Source: Eledone cirrhosa (taxonomy: Eukaryota). From it: 64,000 bases of DNA. The DNA is taken from NCBI GenBank assembly GCA_964016885.1, contig OZ024742.1:178560001-178624000 (forward strand), given 5' to 3'. The notes under the pieces are model-generated. The model had not been told where the DNA came from, did not search any database, and saw nothing but the letters and a program-made list of their open reading frames with translations. Every line of letters begins with the position of its first letter. Within the stretch, counting starts at the first letter, position 1. The translations under genes were made by a program, and so were the position numbers. Positions 12,625 through 24,900 of the stretch are shown in pieces.

Positions 12625-13640
12625 GTTATTATTATTATTACTAGGAGGATCATGGCGCTAGAGTCCTCAAGTTCACTTTTAAGTAGGTCTTGTCAGAAGC
12701 AATCATCTTTAGTTGATCTGGCTGACCATCAATCCCATACTCCTTCAAAACCTTCCACAACAGGTGGCATGGTGTGCAGTCATATGCCTTTTTGAGGTCT
12801 ATGAAACAAGCATGTACCTCTTGGCAATCCTCCCATGATTTCTTAAAGATCAGCTTTAGTGTGAATATTTGGTCAGCTATGTTGTGTCCAGGGCAAAAAA
12901 ACATACTGTTTGTCAGTTTTAGCATAGACTTTACCGAGGAGGCTTAACAAGAAGATCCTTTGATAATTGGAGCAATCTCACTTGTCTCCCATTTTGAAAA
13001 TTGGGATTATCGCTCCTGATTGCCATTGCTTAGATGCCTTTCCAGAGATGTAGGCCACCCAGCACACATGAATCAGGTAGATAATATCTTCTCTATTTAA
13101 GGCTTTTAACATCTTGAGCCGAATTTCATCCTCGCCAGCAGCCTTGCTATATTTGAGCTCTTTAATTGCCTTTGAGAGGTTTTGTCATCACTCCAAGATG
13201 CAGCTTGTGTACACCAGAGGATGCTGTTGTGACTGGGTTTAAGAGATTAGCAAAGTATTCTCTTGATCTCATGAGTTTGCACCTCTCTTGAGAGGGGAGA
13301 ACTCCAGATGCATTCCTTATAGCAGGTGTGGTGGAGGACTTCATATTATGAAGTTGAGGATTATTTGACAGAACACATAATTTGCTGATCTGAAGTTGGA
13401 TTCCAGCTTAACCATTAAGTCCTCCAATGTCTTAACTTCAGATTCTTTACTGTCTTTGCTGTAGCTTTTCGCGCCTGCTTGTACCGCAAGTGCAAGGAAG
13501 AGGACTTATTTCGAAGCTGAACTTTGTAAACTTCCTTCTTTGCTTGAATGGCATCTATGATTATTTGATTGAACCAAAGGGTCCTGCCTACTAGTGCTAC
13601 AACCAAGCTGCTTTCGCCTGCAGTATTTAACAGCTAAAGC
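12625..13640 (-). mobile_element. Old, internally deleted RTE LINE (different subfamily)
   Basis: Minus ORF fragments with DQIFTLK..FKKSWE..ACFIDLKKAYD, a KAAGEDEI-like motif and a (TAA)n tail. Confidence 0.75.
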
Positions 13641-13959
13641 AGAAAATGCTGACTGAATCAGATAAAGTTGGCAATGAAACTAAAGTTGACGATGGTGGAA
13701 TTGAGATTGATGTTGATATGATTGAGGTTGATGATGATAAGTTTCAGATGGACGGTGATGAACAGATTGTTGATGAGTTTGTGAGGAAAACTCTGCATGT
13801 AACCACTTTGTTGCTATCATTATCTCTTTTGTCAGCTGTCATATTGTTATCTAAAGGGCAAATGTACACACACAGGCATGTAAACACAATCACGGGTATA
13901 GACATGCATGACCAATTTTCTTTATATATGATATGACATTTTCTTATCTTGTATTTCAG

Positions 13960-14034
13960 GGTTTTTGGGCTGCAGTAACCCCATTCAATTTCACAGCCAT
14001 CGGAGCACACTTACCCGTGGCTCCTGTCATTGTG
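13960..14034 (+). CDS. ALDH4A1: P5C dehydrogenase exon 6
   Basis: ttcag/GTAAGT boundaries. GFWAAVTPFNFTAIGAHLPVAPVIV contains the ALDH PFNF motif. Confidence 0.95.
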
Positions 14035-14530
14035 GTAAGTAACTTAACATCTCTTCTTATCTCAAGTACAATCACTTGAGAAAATAAATCAACATATTCT
14101 TGTCTTTTGAAGTCTACTTGTTATTTATGTTATCTAAACTGTTATACACTCATTGTGAAGTTGCTTGTGATATCATCAGCATCATCATCATCGTTTAACA
14201 TCTGTCTTCCATGCTTGCATGGGTTAGACAAGTTGTCATGTTGTGAGTGTAGCTGCATCAGGTAACCACACTTAGCTTGTACAGATCTGTTTTTGGCTTG
14301 TTTTTCCACAGCTGGATGCTCTTCCTAATGCTAGCCACCTTACAGCATGTACTGGCAGCTTTTTTTCGGAGCACCACCACCACCACTACCAATTTATAAG
14401 GTGGACTCTGAGCTTTTTTTGTCATGTCACCAGCACAACCACTTTACAGAGTGACTGTGTCATGGCAGCAACTTACAGGTTGACACACTATGAATCTTTA
14501 ATCACTCACACTAAGAATCTTTAATTTAAG

Positions 14531-14574
<44 letters not shown>

Positions 14575-14578
<4 letters not shown>

Positions 14579-14822
14579 ATGCTTTGGGAGGGTCATGTTG
14601 CCAATAAGAAACACACGCACCAGTTGCTTTCACTCCAATTTATTATAAATTTAAGAATTTATAAATTTCCGGTTGGTTGGTTGGTTCCACAACCAGACGA
14701 TTGTTCATATATTGTCAAAGTTCTTTCGTCACACATTCTGTGACCTCTTTATAATAAATTGGAGTGAAAACAACTGGTGCGTGTGTTTCTTATTGGCACC
14801 ATGACCCTCCCAAAGCATAACA
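14575..14822. mobile_element. Long-TIR MITE with TGT...ACA ends (Ginger-like)
   Basis: About 75-bp near-perfect TIRs (tgttatgctttgggagggtcatg...catgaccctcccaaagcataaca) with ATAT on both sides. Confidence 0.82.
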
Positions 14823-15135
14823 ATATCGGCTTCAACACACGTTTTCAGATAAAGAATCTTGCTAAACAAATTCAGAAACGAAATATATATATATATATAT
14901 ATATATATATCAAATGATTCTATGGACATACTTTATTATATATATAGTGTGTGTGTTTCTGTATCTATATATGATGGAAGTTGCTACATTACAAGTGTGG
15001 TTGTAAATATTAAAGCAACAAAATTGAGTGAAGAATAAGAGAGGTGAGGTTGAGTGGTGAAAAGAAAGAAAAATATATATAGATAAGATGTTATTAATTG
15101 TGTCTAGTAACACCATTATTTAAGAAATGGTTTAA

Positions 15136-15339
15136 CCCTTTAGCATTTAAACTGGCCATATCCGGCCAGAATTCTCTCACATCTTTCTGTTCAAACCGGC
15201 TCTAACGGCCACTCATACTGATGTTAAGGTATTGCTCTCAAAATAAATAGATTTGATATTATGTGAGATAATTATGTAAGGTAAAGCCTTTACCATGAAA
15301 ATACAATAGTAAATATAGAGTAATGTACATGCTAAAGGG
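15136..15339 (+). mobile_element. piggyBac-type MITE ending about 40 bp before exon 7
   Basis: TTAA|CCCTTTAGCAT ... ATGCTAAAGGG|TTAA. Confidence 0.88.
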
Positions 15340-15381
15340 TTAAACTTAACCACAAGACTTATATGTCATTTGTTTTTTCAG

Positions 15382-15569
15382 GGAAATGTTTGTTTGTGGA
15401 AACCATCGGACACTGCTATGTTGTCTAACTGGATAGCTTTCAACATCTTGCGAGAAGCTGGAGTACCGCCGGGTGTCATTAACTTTTTACCTGCAGATGG
15501 TCCAGTGTTTGGAGATGCTATCACTTCATCACCGTATCTGTCTGGCATCAACTTTACTGGAAGTGTAAA
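15382..15569 (+). CDS. ALDH4A1: P5C dehydrogenase exon 7
   Basis: GNVCLWKPSDTA...EAGVPPGVINF...INFTGSV contains the NAD-binding FTGS. GTAAGT donor at 15570, phase 2. Confidence 0.95.
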
Positions 15570-16290
15570 GTAAGTTCTAACTACACTCCTACAGAATTGG
15601 TAGAAATGTCTTACGAAGAATGTCTCTATTTAGCTACAATTATTAGTTGCTCTTTAGAGCAGGACATTTATTCTTAAGAACTTACATCTGTCATTATTGT
15701 GGCATTGGCAGTATCAGTAGAGCGTCAGACACCATGCTTTGCAACATAGAGTTATGGCCCTTTACGTTCTGAGTTCAAATCCTGCCGAGGTTAACTTTGC
15801 TATTCATCCTTACGGGGTCGATAAAATAAAGCACCAGTAATGTACTGGGATAATTGCTGGCCTTGTGCCAACAGTAGAAACAATTATTGTGGCATAATTC
15901 CTTTGTTCTTACCAACCTATTGCATTGAATCTTCCTGACATTTATATTAAAGGTACACATGTCTGTAGAATGCTCAGCCACTTGCACATTAATTTGATGT
16001 GCAGGCTTCCAATTGTATGTACAACTCATTTTGCCAGCTGAGTGGACTAGAGCAATGTGAAATAGTCTTTCTTGTTCAATGACAGTATTTGCCACCAGAA
16101 ATAGATATCATAAGCTGAACACACTAACCACTAAGCCATTTTCCTTCACAATAAGTAGTTCAGTTATCAAACGGCTGTTATATTCACCATAGAAGCCAAA
16201 AGAGAATTCATTACAAATGTATGAGTAATTATGATGATTGCTAGTATTTATGGTTTACCTCTTTTGATAACCAAACCATTTTAGTATTAA

Positions 16291-17378
16291 CCCTTTAGTG
16301 TTCAAACCGGCCGCAATTATTTCCCCTTCATTTGTTCAAACTGCCCGAAACTGGCCAATAACACCCACACTAAAATATCGTTCTAAAAATAAACAATACC
16401 GTCATCAAAATCTCGTCAATTCGAGATTACTGCGAGATTAGGCCCTTACCATGAAAATTAACACTTAATATAGTGAAACAACTTAAAACAACACGTTTTT
16501 TTTAACGTTGAAAGTAGAACAGATTTTTTGTGTATCAACATGGCTTGTGAAAGTAGCGATACCGACTTTGAAGGTTTTACACATGACGATATTCAGAATG
16601 AACAAGAAACAAAAGATAATATTAGTGATTTATCTTCAAATGAATCAGATGTTTACATTTCTGAAATTTCATCCAACGATGATTGTTGTTTTGAAAGTGA
16701 AAACGAAGGAGATCTCCAGGACGCCATTGAAAATATTACAGCAACGTGGTTGAAAAATACCACACTAATATATGTTCCTGATTTTATTCAAAATACTGGT
16801 CCACAACACACATTAGCTCCTGGTGTAAAAGCACTGGATTATTTCTTTTTGTTTTTACCACATACTTTCTTCGAAGTTGTGGCAGAAGAGATTAATCGAT
16901 ATGCCCAACAACAGATTTCAAATCGAGGAAAACCCGATCTGTTTGGCGACCGACAGATGCTGCGGAAATGAAGCATTTTTTACCGTAAATATTATGTTCG
17001 GTATAAAACAATTTCCAAGACTGTGGAATTACTGGAGCACTGATATAACGTTTAATGATCCTTATATATGAAATATTATGCCGAAAACAACGTATTTAAA
17101 ATTAAACCAGTATTTGCACCTGGTTGATACTTCAAATGCCCCTATTTATTAATTTCACCTGCCCATAAAAGTCAAATTTAACCAAAACAATCAGGTAAAA
17201 TTATATAATTGTAAATTATTGATATTTAAACATCTACTGGCAAAATTTCAAGCCTGCACATAGAAAATTAAGAAAATTACAAACAAATAAAATTGATAAC
17301 CCTCTTGAGTACAATTAACTGAAAATAATGTGAACAGATAAACATGACATTTAACAAATTAATGTGAATGCTAAAGGG
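16291..17378 (+). mobile_element. Internally deleted piggyBac transposon with transposase N-terminal remnant
   Basis: TTAA TSDs and CCCTTTAG/CTAAAGGG TIRs. Acidic N-terminus, then ALDYFFLFLP..VAEEINRYAQQ and MFGIKQFPRLWNYWSTD (PGBD-like), frameshifted. Confidence 0.88.
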
Positions 17379-18055
17379 TTAAATGAGTTAAATTTTTGAG
17401 GGAAGATGTCAATGGAACGCAACAAGTGGAGGGATGCTGTACTGAAAATGACCTGTCCAATCAAAGCATGTGTAAAACGATAATGAAGACAATGGTGTTC
17501 TAAATCCCAGCTTAATAAGTTATATTACTAAATCACTTCAAATTTTTATTTAAAAAATTATTTGAAACTCATATACAGTGTTTCTGTTTCATGAGAAATA
17601 TGGTAACGAAAAGTAATCAGATGAAATCGATGCAAAATCCTAGACCTCATTTGCTTACTGAGTAGAATGGAACTTGTCAAATCAGATCAAGGAAACAATG
17701 TTTCCATTGGTTTTTCTATTGCTGATATTATCCACTAGTTGCAACTCTTGGCAGAAAGAGCAATGGGAAATAAAATGTCTTGCTCAAGGACATAACACAT
17801 CACCCGGTCCAGGAATCGAACTTGCAACCTAACAATTGCGAATCCAATTCTCTAGCCAGTAAGCCACACAGTTCGGCAGAATTGGTAGAGCATCGGATAA
17901 AATGTTGTAGCAATATTTGTTCTGGTTCTTTACATTCTGAGTTCAAATCCCACCAAAGTTAAATTAAATGTAATACTAATCCTAATTATAATGTTATATT
18001 GGCATGGTCTGTGTAGATTCCATTTGTATTATCTTAATCACTTTACTCTTTCCAG

Positions 18056-18129
18056 AACATTCAAACATCTGTGGAAGCAAGTAGCTGCTAATCTAGATAC
18101 CTACCAAAGTTACCCTCGGTTAATTGGAG
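18056..18129 (+). CDS. ALDH4A1: P5C dehydrogenase exon 8
   Basis: ttccag/GT boundaries. TFKHLWKQVAANLDTYQSYPRLIG. Phases 2 and 1 match the neighbouring exons. Confidence 0.93.
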
Positions 18130-18710
18130 GTTTGTTTTTAATTTTTAGAACTTCTCTCATAGAACTTTGTGTCTACTACCTTATCACTATTTAACCTTTG
18201 ATCTTTTACAATTTGGTTATTTTCAGTTTTTGTTTGGTTTATACAAAGAGAACTTGTCTTTATAATAGAATTACATACATACACACATATACACAAACAC
18301 ATTTGTGCATACATACATTATTGTTGTTATTATTAAAAAAAAAGTTACGGCCCTTTATGTTCTGAGTTCAAATTCCACTGAGGTTAGTTTTGCTTCGGTC
18401 GATGAAATAACGTACCAGTCACGCACTGGGGTTGATTTAATCAAATTTCCCCTCCCCCCGAATTGCTGACTTTGTGCCGAAATCAGAAACCATTATTATT
18501 GTCATACAAGCAAATTCAGTGAAATGAAAACGCTTGTACATATAAGAAAAACTGTCAACACAACTGTTTTTAAAAACAAATTGGAGAACAACAACAACAT
18601 CAATAACAACAGCAGCAGCATTGATAAGAATGCAGAACAACAAGCTGGGAAAGCAACAAATACAAGCACCAGTTTCTCTTTTGCTAGTGCTACCAAGTCC
18701 TTTTTCCTGC

Positions 18711-19010
18711 ATGAAACCGTCCTGCATGCACTTGTTCAGTGCCCAAGCATTGCTGACCTATGGGTTTATACCAGACATCTGTCAAGTGTTGGACGGATTC
18801 TGCTGTCAACTGACTCCATTGTGAAGATCACCCCACCACCTTCCTTTAACTGGGAAGGGCTGGCAGTTTTTACAATCCTGGGGGCCATGGTGAAAGAGGT
18901 TGTATGGTGGACATCTTTGAAGGGGTTGGAGACAAACACTTTCCTCTTAGGCAAATCCCTCATTGACTTCAAGTTTCACTTTAAGAGGAAATTCAGGGTG
19001 GAGAGGGATA
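18711..19010 (+). mobile_element. Tx1/L1-clade LINE C-terminal fragment
   Basis: ETVLHALVQCPSIADLW (end of a CCHC knuckle) ... KEVVWW ... FKRKFRVER. Confidence 0.65.
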
Positions 19011-19301
19011 TTAGAGAAATCATTATTATTGTTATTATAAAGAGCAGTGAATTGGCAGCGTCGGACAACATGCTTTGCAGCATATGGTTATGTCTCTTTA
19101 TGTTCTGAGTACAAATCTCGCTAAGGTTAGCTTTGCCTTTAATCCTTATGAGGTTGATAAAATTAACTACCAGTAATGCATTAAGGTTGATTTAATCGAC
19201 TTTTCCCTACCCCAAAATTGCAGGCCTTGTGCCTAATGTAGAAATAATTATTAGTATTGTTATTACTTTTTTACCTGGGGTTTTTTTGGTTTCTTTTTCA
19301 G

Positions 19302-19543
19302 AATGTGGTGGAAAGAATTTCCATTTTGCCCATCCTTCTGGTGACACTGACGCTATAGTCAATGGATCTTTGCGCTCTGCATTTGAATATAGCGGCCAAA
19401 AATGTTCGGCTTGCTCCAGAATATATCTGCCAGAATCTAAAGCAGAAGAAATCAAAGGGCGAATGGTTGAAGAAATCAAAAAGTTTAAAATAGGTTCACC
19501 TCTGGAGTTTAACACTTTCCTCTCTGCTGTTATTGATGACAAG
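19302..19543 (+). CDS. ALDH4A1: P5C dehydrogenase exon 9 (catalytic Glu and Cys)
   Basis: ECGGKNFHF...SAFEYSGQKCSACSR...SAVIDDK, AG/GT bounded. Confidence 0.96.
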
Positions 19544-19639
19544 GTAAATATTAAAAAATAACAGCGTGGAAGGAATATCCCCCTCCCCACTTTCTTTTAA
19601 TTTTCAAGCTGCCTGGGTGGGAGTTTTCTTTTACTGTAA

Positions 19640-20185
19640 AATGGTACCACAACAAAAAAAGCACCTAGTCAACCCTATTAGGTGTTTGTGTTGGTACCAC
19701 AACAACAAAATACCCAGTCGATTCTGCTAGGTGGACATACTGGTATCATGACGTAAAAGTTTCTAGTCTACCGTTATATGGTCATGCTGGTGTTATGATA
19801 AAAAAAAAGCACCCAGTCCACCCTGTTAGGTGGTCGTTCTAGTACCGCAACAAAAAGCACCCAGTCTACCCTATTAGGAGGTCATCCTGGTGCCACAACA
19901 AAAATCCACTCAGTCCACCCTGTTAGGTGGTTGTGCCGGTACCACAACAAAAAAAGCACCCAGGTTACCATTATATAGTTGTTCTGGTTCCACGATAAAA
20001 AGTTCCCAGTCCAAGCCATAATGTGGGTAACATTAGTAAAGGCATAGAATGCAAGTCAAAAACAGAACAGATCTATATGAGCAAGACATGGTACCTCACC
20101 TCACCTAATTTGACTTGCCTCATAACATGACAACCCTTCTAACACATGCAAGTATGGAAGGTAGATGTTAAACAGTCATGATGAT
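19640..20185 (+). repeat. RTE-tail-type element with about 8 degenerate ~47-bp units
   Basis: Repeated gtaccacaacaaaaaagcacccagtccaccctgttaggtgg, ending in ...tgcaagtatggaaggtagatgttaa...atgatgat. Confidence 0.65.
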
Positions 20186-21274
20186 TTAGAGAGGGGACTC
20201 TTCTGTGAAAGTTACACAAGGAGCAATTAGTGATGTTAAATTGGGCGACGAGTTTGGGTTACCACCAGGAGCAGATTTACCATGCAGAGGGCTCAAAGCT
20301 GATAATTCCATTGAGACTTTTACATATTTGTGGTAGTAGCAAAATTTAGGGTCCTTTAAATATTGGTGGTGTGTGTAGGAAGGGGGGGGGGCATAACAGT
20401 CTCCCATCCTACAATCTGCCACTGGTGTGGCCTTTGTGTAGTGTTTATTTATGGTAACAAAAATAAAAATGAATTTGGGTCTTTTAAAATATTGTGGGAG
20501 CTTTGGCTATAGCTCAATCAGACATCACCCCCACCCTTCAAATCCACCATTGGTGTGTGAGAGTCAGGATCAGTTTGTTCGGAGCTTTCCACAGCTCCGA
20601 TTACTCATTATGGTTACCAGGGAAAGAATTGATGGATAGATTTTATAGGCAAAGCCAACCAGCACGAGACCCAGAAGCAGATCATGCTCATGATGGTTGG
20701 ATAACATTCTTGAGCTCGGTTGGTCTCGCTTGAGAATCCAGTTGGAGATAGTTGCTTCTTACAGAACCCTTTTGAAGGTGTGCCTGAGGATTCTGCTTAC
20801 GCGTGGGGAAAGAAGGGTCCCTCTTGGCTGAAAATTTTATTGGAGACCATTGTATATTATTTATCGTTGCCCCCCACCTTCCAATGATTTGGTACCCTTT
20901 AAGTATTGTGTGGACCCTGGCTACTAGCCAGTCAGCATGCCCCTCCCCTCTAATCTACCCCTGCCTACTACCTCAAACTTTAACCTGTCCATCTGCAGGG
21001 ATACATTCATCCAATTTATTCAACTATTATTGATAGTTATCAACTATTATAGTTATCTGCATTGTGATTGATAAAATAAAGTCAGCTTTCCCCACATCAC
21101 CAAATTATTGGCCTTAAATCATTATTATAGTTATCTGCATTCTGGTAACTATATTTTGAAATTTCCCAATGTTTTGTAAGTTTAGCAAATGTTTACACTT
21201 CTATAGTTTGTTTTTTTGTGTCTGTTCTAAGCAGGAACGTTGATATTTACAAATATATCTGATTGGTTTTTCAG

Positions 21275-21360
21275 GCATTTGAAAGAATCAAGAACTATAT
21301 TGATTATTCTAAATCTTCAGGCAACGCCAAAATTATTGCTGGAGGGACGTACGATGATAG
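21275..21360 (+). CDS. ALDH4A1: P5C dehydrogenase exon 10
   Basis: tttcag/GTGAGT boundaries. AFERIKNYIDYSKSSGNAKIIAGGTYDD. Confidence 0.93.
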
Positions 21361-21954
21361 GTGAGTGAAATAACTTGTTACTAATTCATAGTGTGTTCCT
21401 GTGTGTGTGTACATGCATGTATTGCTGTGTGGTTATGAAGTTCATTTTGTAACCATATAGTACAGTGTTCAATCTCTGAGCTGGAACTTTAAGCAGGTAT
21501 CTTCTATCATAACCTCCAGTGAATGGAATTTAATCAACAGAAATTGTGCTGAAGCCCATTTATGTAATATGACAGCTACAGCTTGATAATGTCTGTCTTC
21601 CACATTCTTGTGGCTGGTGCAGTGTGTGGTTAGTTTTCAGAATATATGTATGCGGTTTGTGGGTTGGTTTAGCAGGAGTTATGAGTGAAGGTTAGTCGTT
21701 GGTTTATGGTATTTTCTGTGGTTTTTACGGGTTAGGGCAATAGATGGTCTTATTTACACACACACACACATCACGCTAGTGACACGACAAAAAGCACCTG
21801 GTCCACACTGTAGTCTTGCTGCCATTAGGAAGGGCATTTTGCTGTACAAACCAAGCCAAAATACAGATCTGTATGAGCATGACCTGACTTGTCTCATAAT
21901 GTGGTAACTTGTCTAACCCATGCAAACATGGAAAAAATGGATGTTAAATGGTGG

Positions 21955-24900
21955 TCATCATCATCATCATCATCATTTTACGTTCGTTCTTCCACGCTAG
22001 CATGGGTTAGATGGGTTGTCCTGTTGTGGGCAGTGTCTGGTCGGCTGACCATGCTTTGCTCATACAGGAACTGATTTGGCTTGATTTCTACGACTGGATG
22101 CCCTTCCTCACATCAACCTCATTTAAAGTGAGTGCTGGGTGCTTTTTTCCGTGGCGCCTACACGTCCACTTTCCAGTGTGGGCTGGGTGCTTTTTTGCCG
22201 TGGCACCTCCACGACCACCTTGCAGTGGGAGGGTGTGGGGGTATATTGTCTATATGCTTCAGCTTGTACCCATGGCAGGTCGGGTACTCTGTATTACTGC
22301 ATGACGCCAGAGGTCACGGTCGTGTGTCATCGCCTTTGAGAGGTGTAATTGGGTAAGGTCGGCTTTTATCACCTCATCCCAGGTCATCTTGGGTCTCCCC
22401 ACTCCGCGGTTTCCATCGACTTCTAGTGCTCTGGACCTTTTTATGCAGCTGTCATCTTTCATACGCATCACATGTCCATACCAACGCAACCGCCTCTCCT
22501 GCACACAGCATTTGATTCCTCTTATGCTCAGTCTCTCTCTCAATTCATTTATGCTTTGTCGTTCGCGTATATTACTATTACACATCCATCGGAGCATGCA
22601 GGCTTCGTTTCTCTCTAATCTACGTAAGTCTTCCACCTTCAGCGCCCAGGTCTCACTACCATGTAACATTGCTGTTCGGATACACGCATCATACAGTCTG
22701 TCTTTCATTTTGAGGGAGAAGCCTTTTGCAGCTAGCAGTGGCAGTAGTTCCCTGAACTTCTTCCATCCCGTTCTTACCCTAGTTATTGTACTTTCTGAAC
22801 ACCCACCTCCGCTGCTAATTCGGTCACCTAGGTAGCAGAAGCTGTCTACTGTCTCTACAGAGCCCTCCCAGAGATTGGTGGTACTTGTTTCCTGTGGCTG
22901 TTTGCTGCTTGCTGTCCCAGTACAGCTGCTGCATGTGAAGCCTACATTTTTAATTAAGGTTCCTGAGATCCCGCTACATCTCTTGTGTACCCATTGTTTG
23001 CATTTGGGGCAGATAATGGAGTTCCTACCTACACCTTTCCTACATATTGAGCAAGGCCATTTCCCTGAGGGGATCTGGGTTCTGTTTTCTCGTCTACTTA
23101 CAAGGACCTTAGTCTTTGTCATGTTGACTTTGAGACCCTTTCTTTCTAGTCCCTGCTTCCAAGTTTGGAATTTCTTCTCTAGTTCTACCATAGATTCAGC
23201 TATAAGTGCGAGGTCATCAGCATACAGGAGTTCCCATGGGCATCCGGTCTTAAACTCCTCCGTTATTGCCTGCAGGACTATGATGAACAGGAGAGGGCTA
23301 AGAACAGAGCCCTGGTGGACCCCAACCTGTACGCTAAATTCCTCGCTATACTCATTGCTAATCCTAACTTTGCTGACTGCTCCCCTATACATGGCTTGTA
23401 CAGCTTTCACAAGCCATTCATCTACTCTTAGTTTTCTAAGAGCCCACCAGATTACAGCACGTGGAACTTTGTCAAAGGCTTTCTCGAGATCGACGAATGT
23501 CAGGTATAGTGGCTTACTTTTAGCTAGGTACTTTTCCTGTAACTGCCTCACAAGGAAGAGGGCATCAGTGGTGCCTCTTCCTGGTACAAACCCAAATTGC
23601 ATCTCATCTAGTTTCACCCGGTCCCTAATCAACTGTGCTATAACTCTTTCTGTTACTTTCATGACCTGGTCCATCAGCTTTATACCTCTATAGTTTCCTC
23701 TATCGAGTGCATCACCTTTACCTTTGTAGCAGTTGACAATCATGCTACTGCACCAATCTTTTGGTATGACACCTTCTAGTATTACCTGGTTAACAATACA
23801 TCTGGTTATAGTGTGTCCTACAGACCCAGATGCCTTCAGCATCTCGGCAGCTATACCCGATGGACCGGTTGCCTTCCCCATCTTCATATCTTTGATTGCC
23901 TTACTACGCTGCTGCGGACTTGTACTGCTGGCCCCTCTATAGGGTCTACTTGGGGTAGGGTCTCTTCTTCCCATGCATTCTCCTCATTTAGTAATCTATC
24001 ATAATGACTCTTCCATGCATCTTTCTTCTCAGCACTTGTGAGGGCAAGCTCACCTTTATCATTCCAGATACACTTCTCTCCAATGACATCACAATTCTCT
24101 CTGACACACTGCCTCGCAATCTTGAACACCTCCTGTTTCTGGTCCTCACGTTGCAAAACATGCTTGAATTTTCTATCCTCTGCTTCCCTCCTAGCTAAGT
24201 ATACTTGTCGCCTAGCTTCCCTCTTGGTCTCTATGTAATGTACCCTGCTCCCCCCGTTCTTCCATTCTTTCCATGCCTGTCTCTTGGCCTTAACTGCCTC
24301 ATCTACCTTATTGTTCCACCACCAAGTCACTCTCCTCCTGCTTGTGGTCTTACTCCAGCCGCAGACCTTATCCGTCGCCTCTACTAAGTTATATACATTG
24401 AATGTTTCTATCTGTTCTTCTTTACTGTCGTAGGCGTTGAGTAAAATATCTTTAAATCTGTTACTCGCTGAGGGGTCTTTCAGCTTCCAGATCTTTCTTC
24501 TCCAGGTTGGCCTCTGTTTCCAGGTTTGTCTAGTTCTGACTGTGAGGTTGCTGACAACTAAGCTATGTTGGGAGGTACATTCCTCACTAGGGAAGGCTTT
24601 TGTGTTTACGACCATCCATCTGTGACGTCCTGATGAGGATAAAATCTATCTGACTAGAATGCTCCCCTGATCTATAGGTGATCAGGTGGTTGTTGGGTTT
24701 TTTGAAGTTTGTGTTACATATCGACATGTCATTGGCGTCGCAGAATTCTAGAAGTCTGAATCCTTCTTCATTTCTTGTGCCAACCCCATTGTCTCCATGG
24801 ACTCTATTGAAGCCGTCACATTGTTTACCTACGTGTCCGTTAAAATCTCCTGCGATGATTAGGAAGTCATTGTCGTTTGTTAGAGCAGTAGTGTGCATTA

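Noticed and set aside
13646-13936. 96-aa acidic ORF in intron 5
   Set aside because: GAT-rich low-complexity sequence with no homology or splice signals evident.
20560-20960. GC-richer segment as an exon or LINE fragment
   Set aside because: No recognisable motif in the frames examined. Left unassigned.
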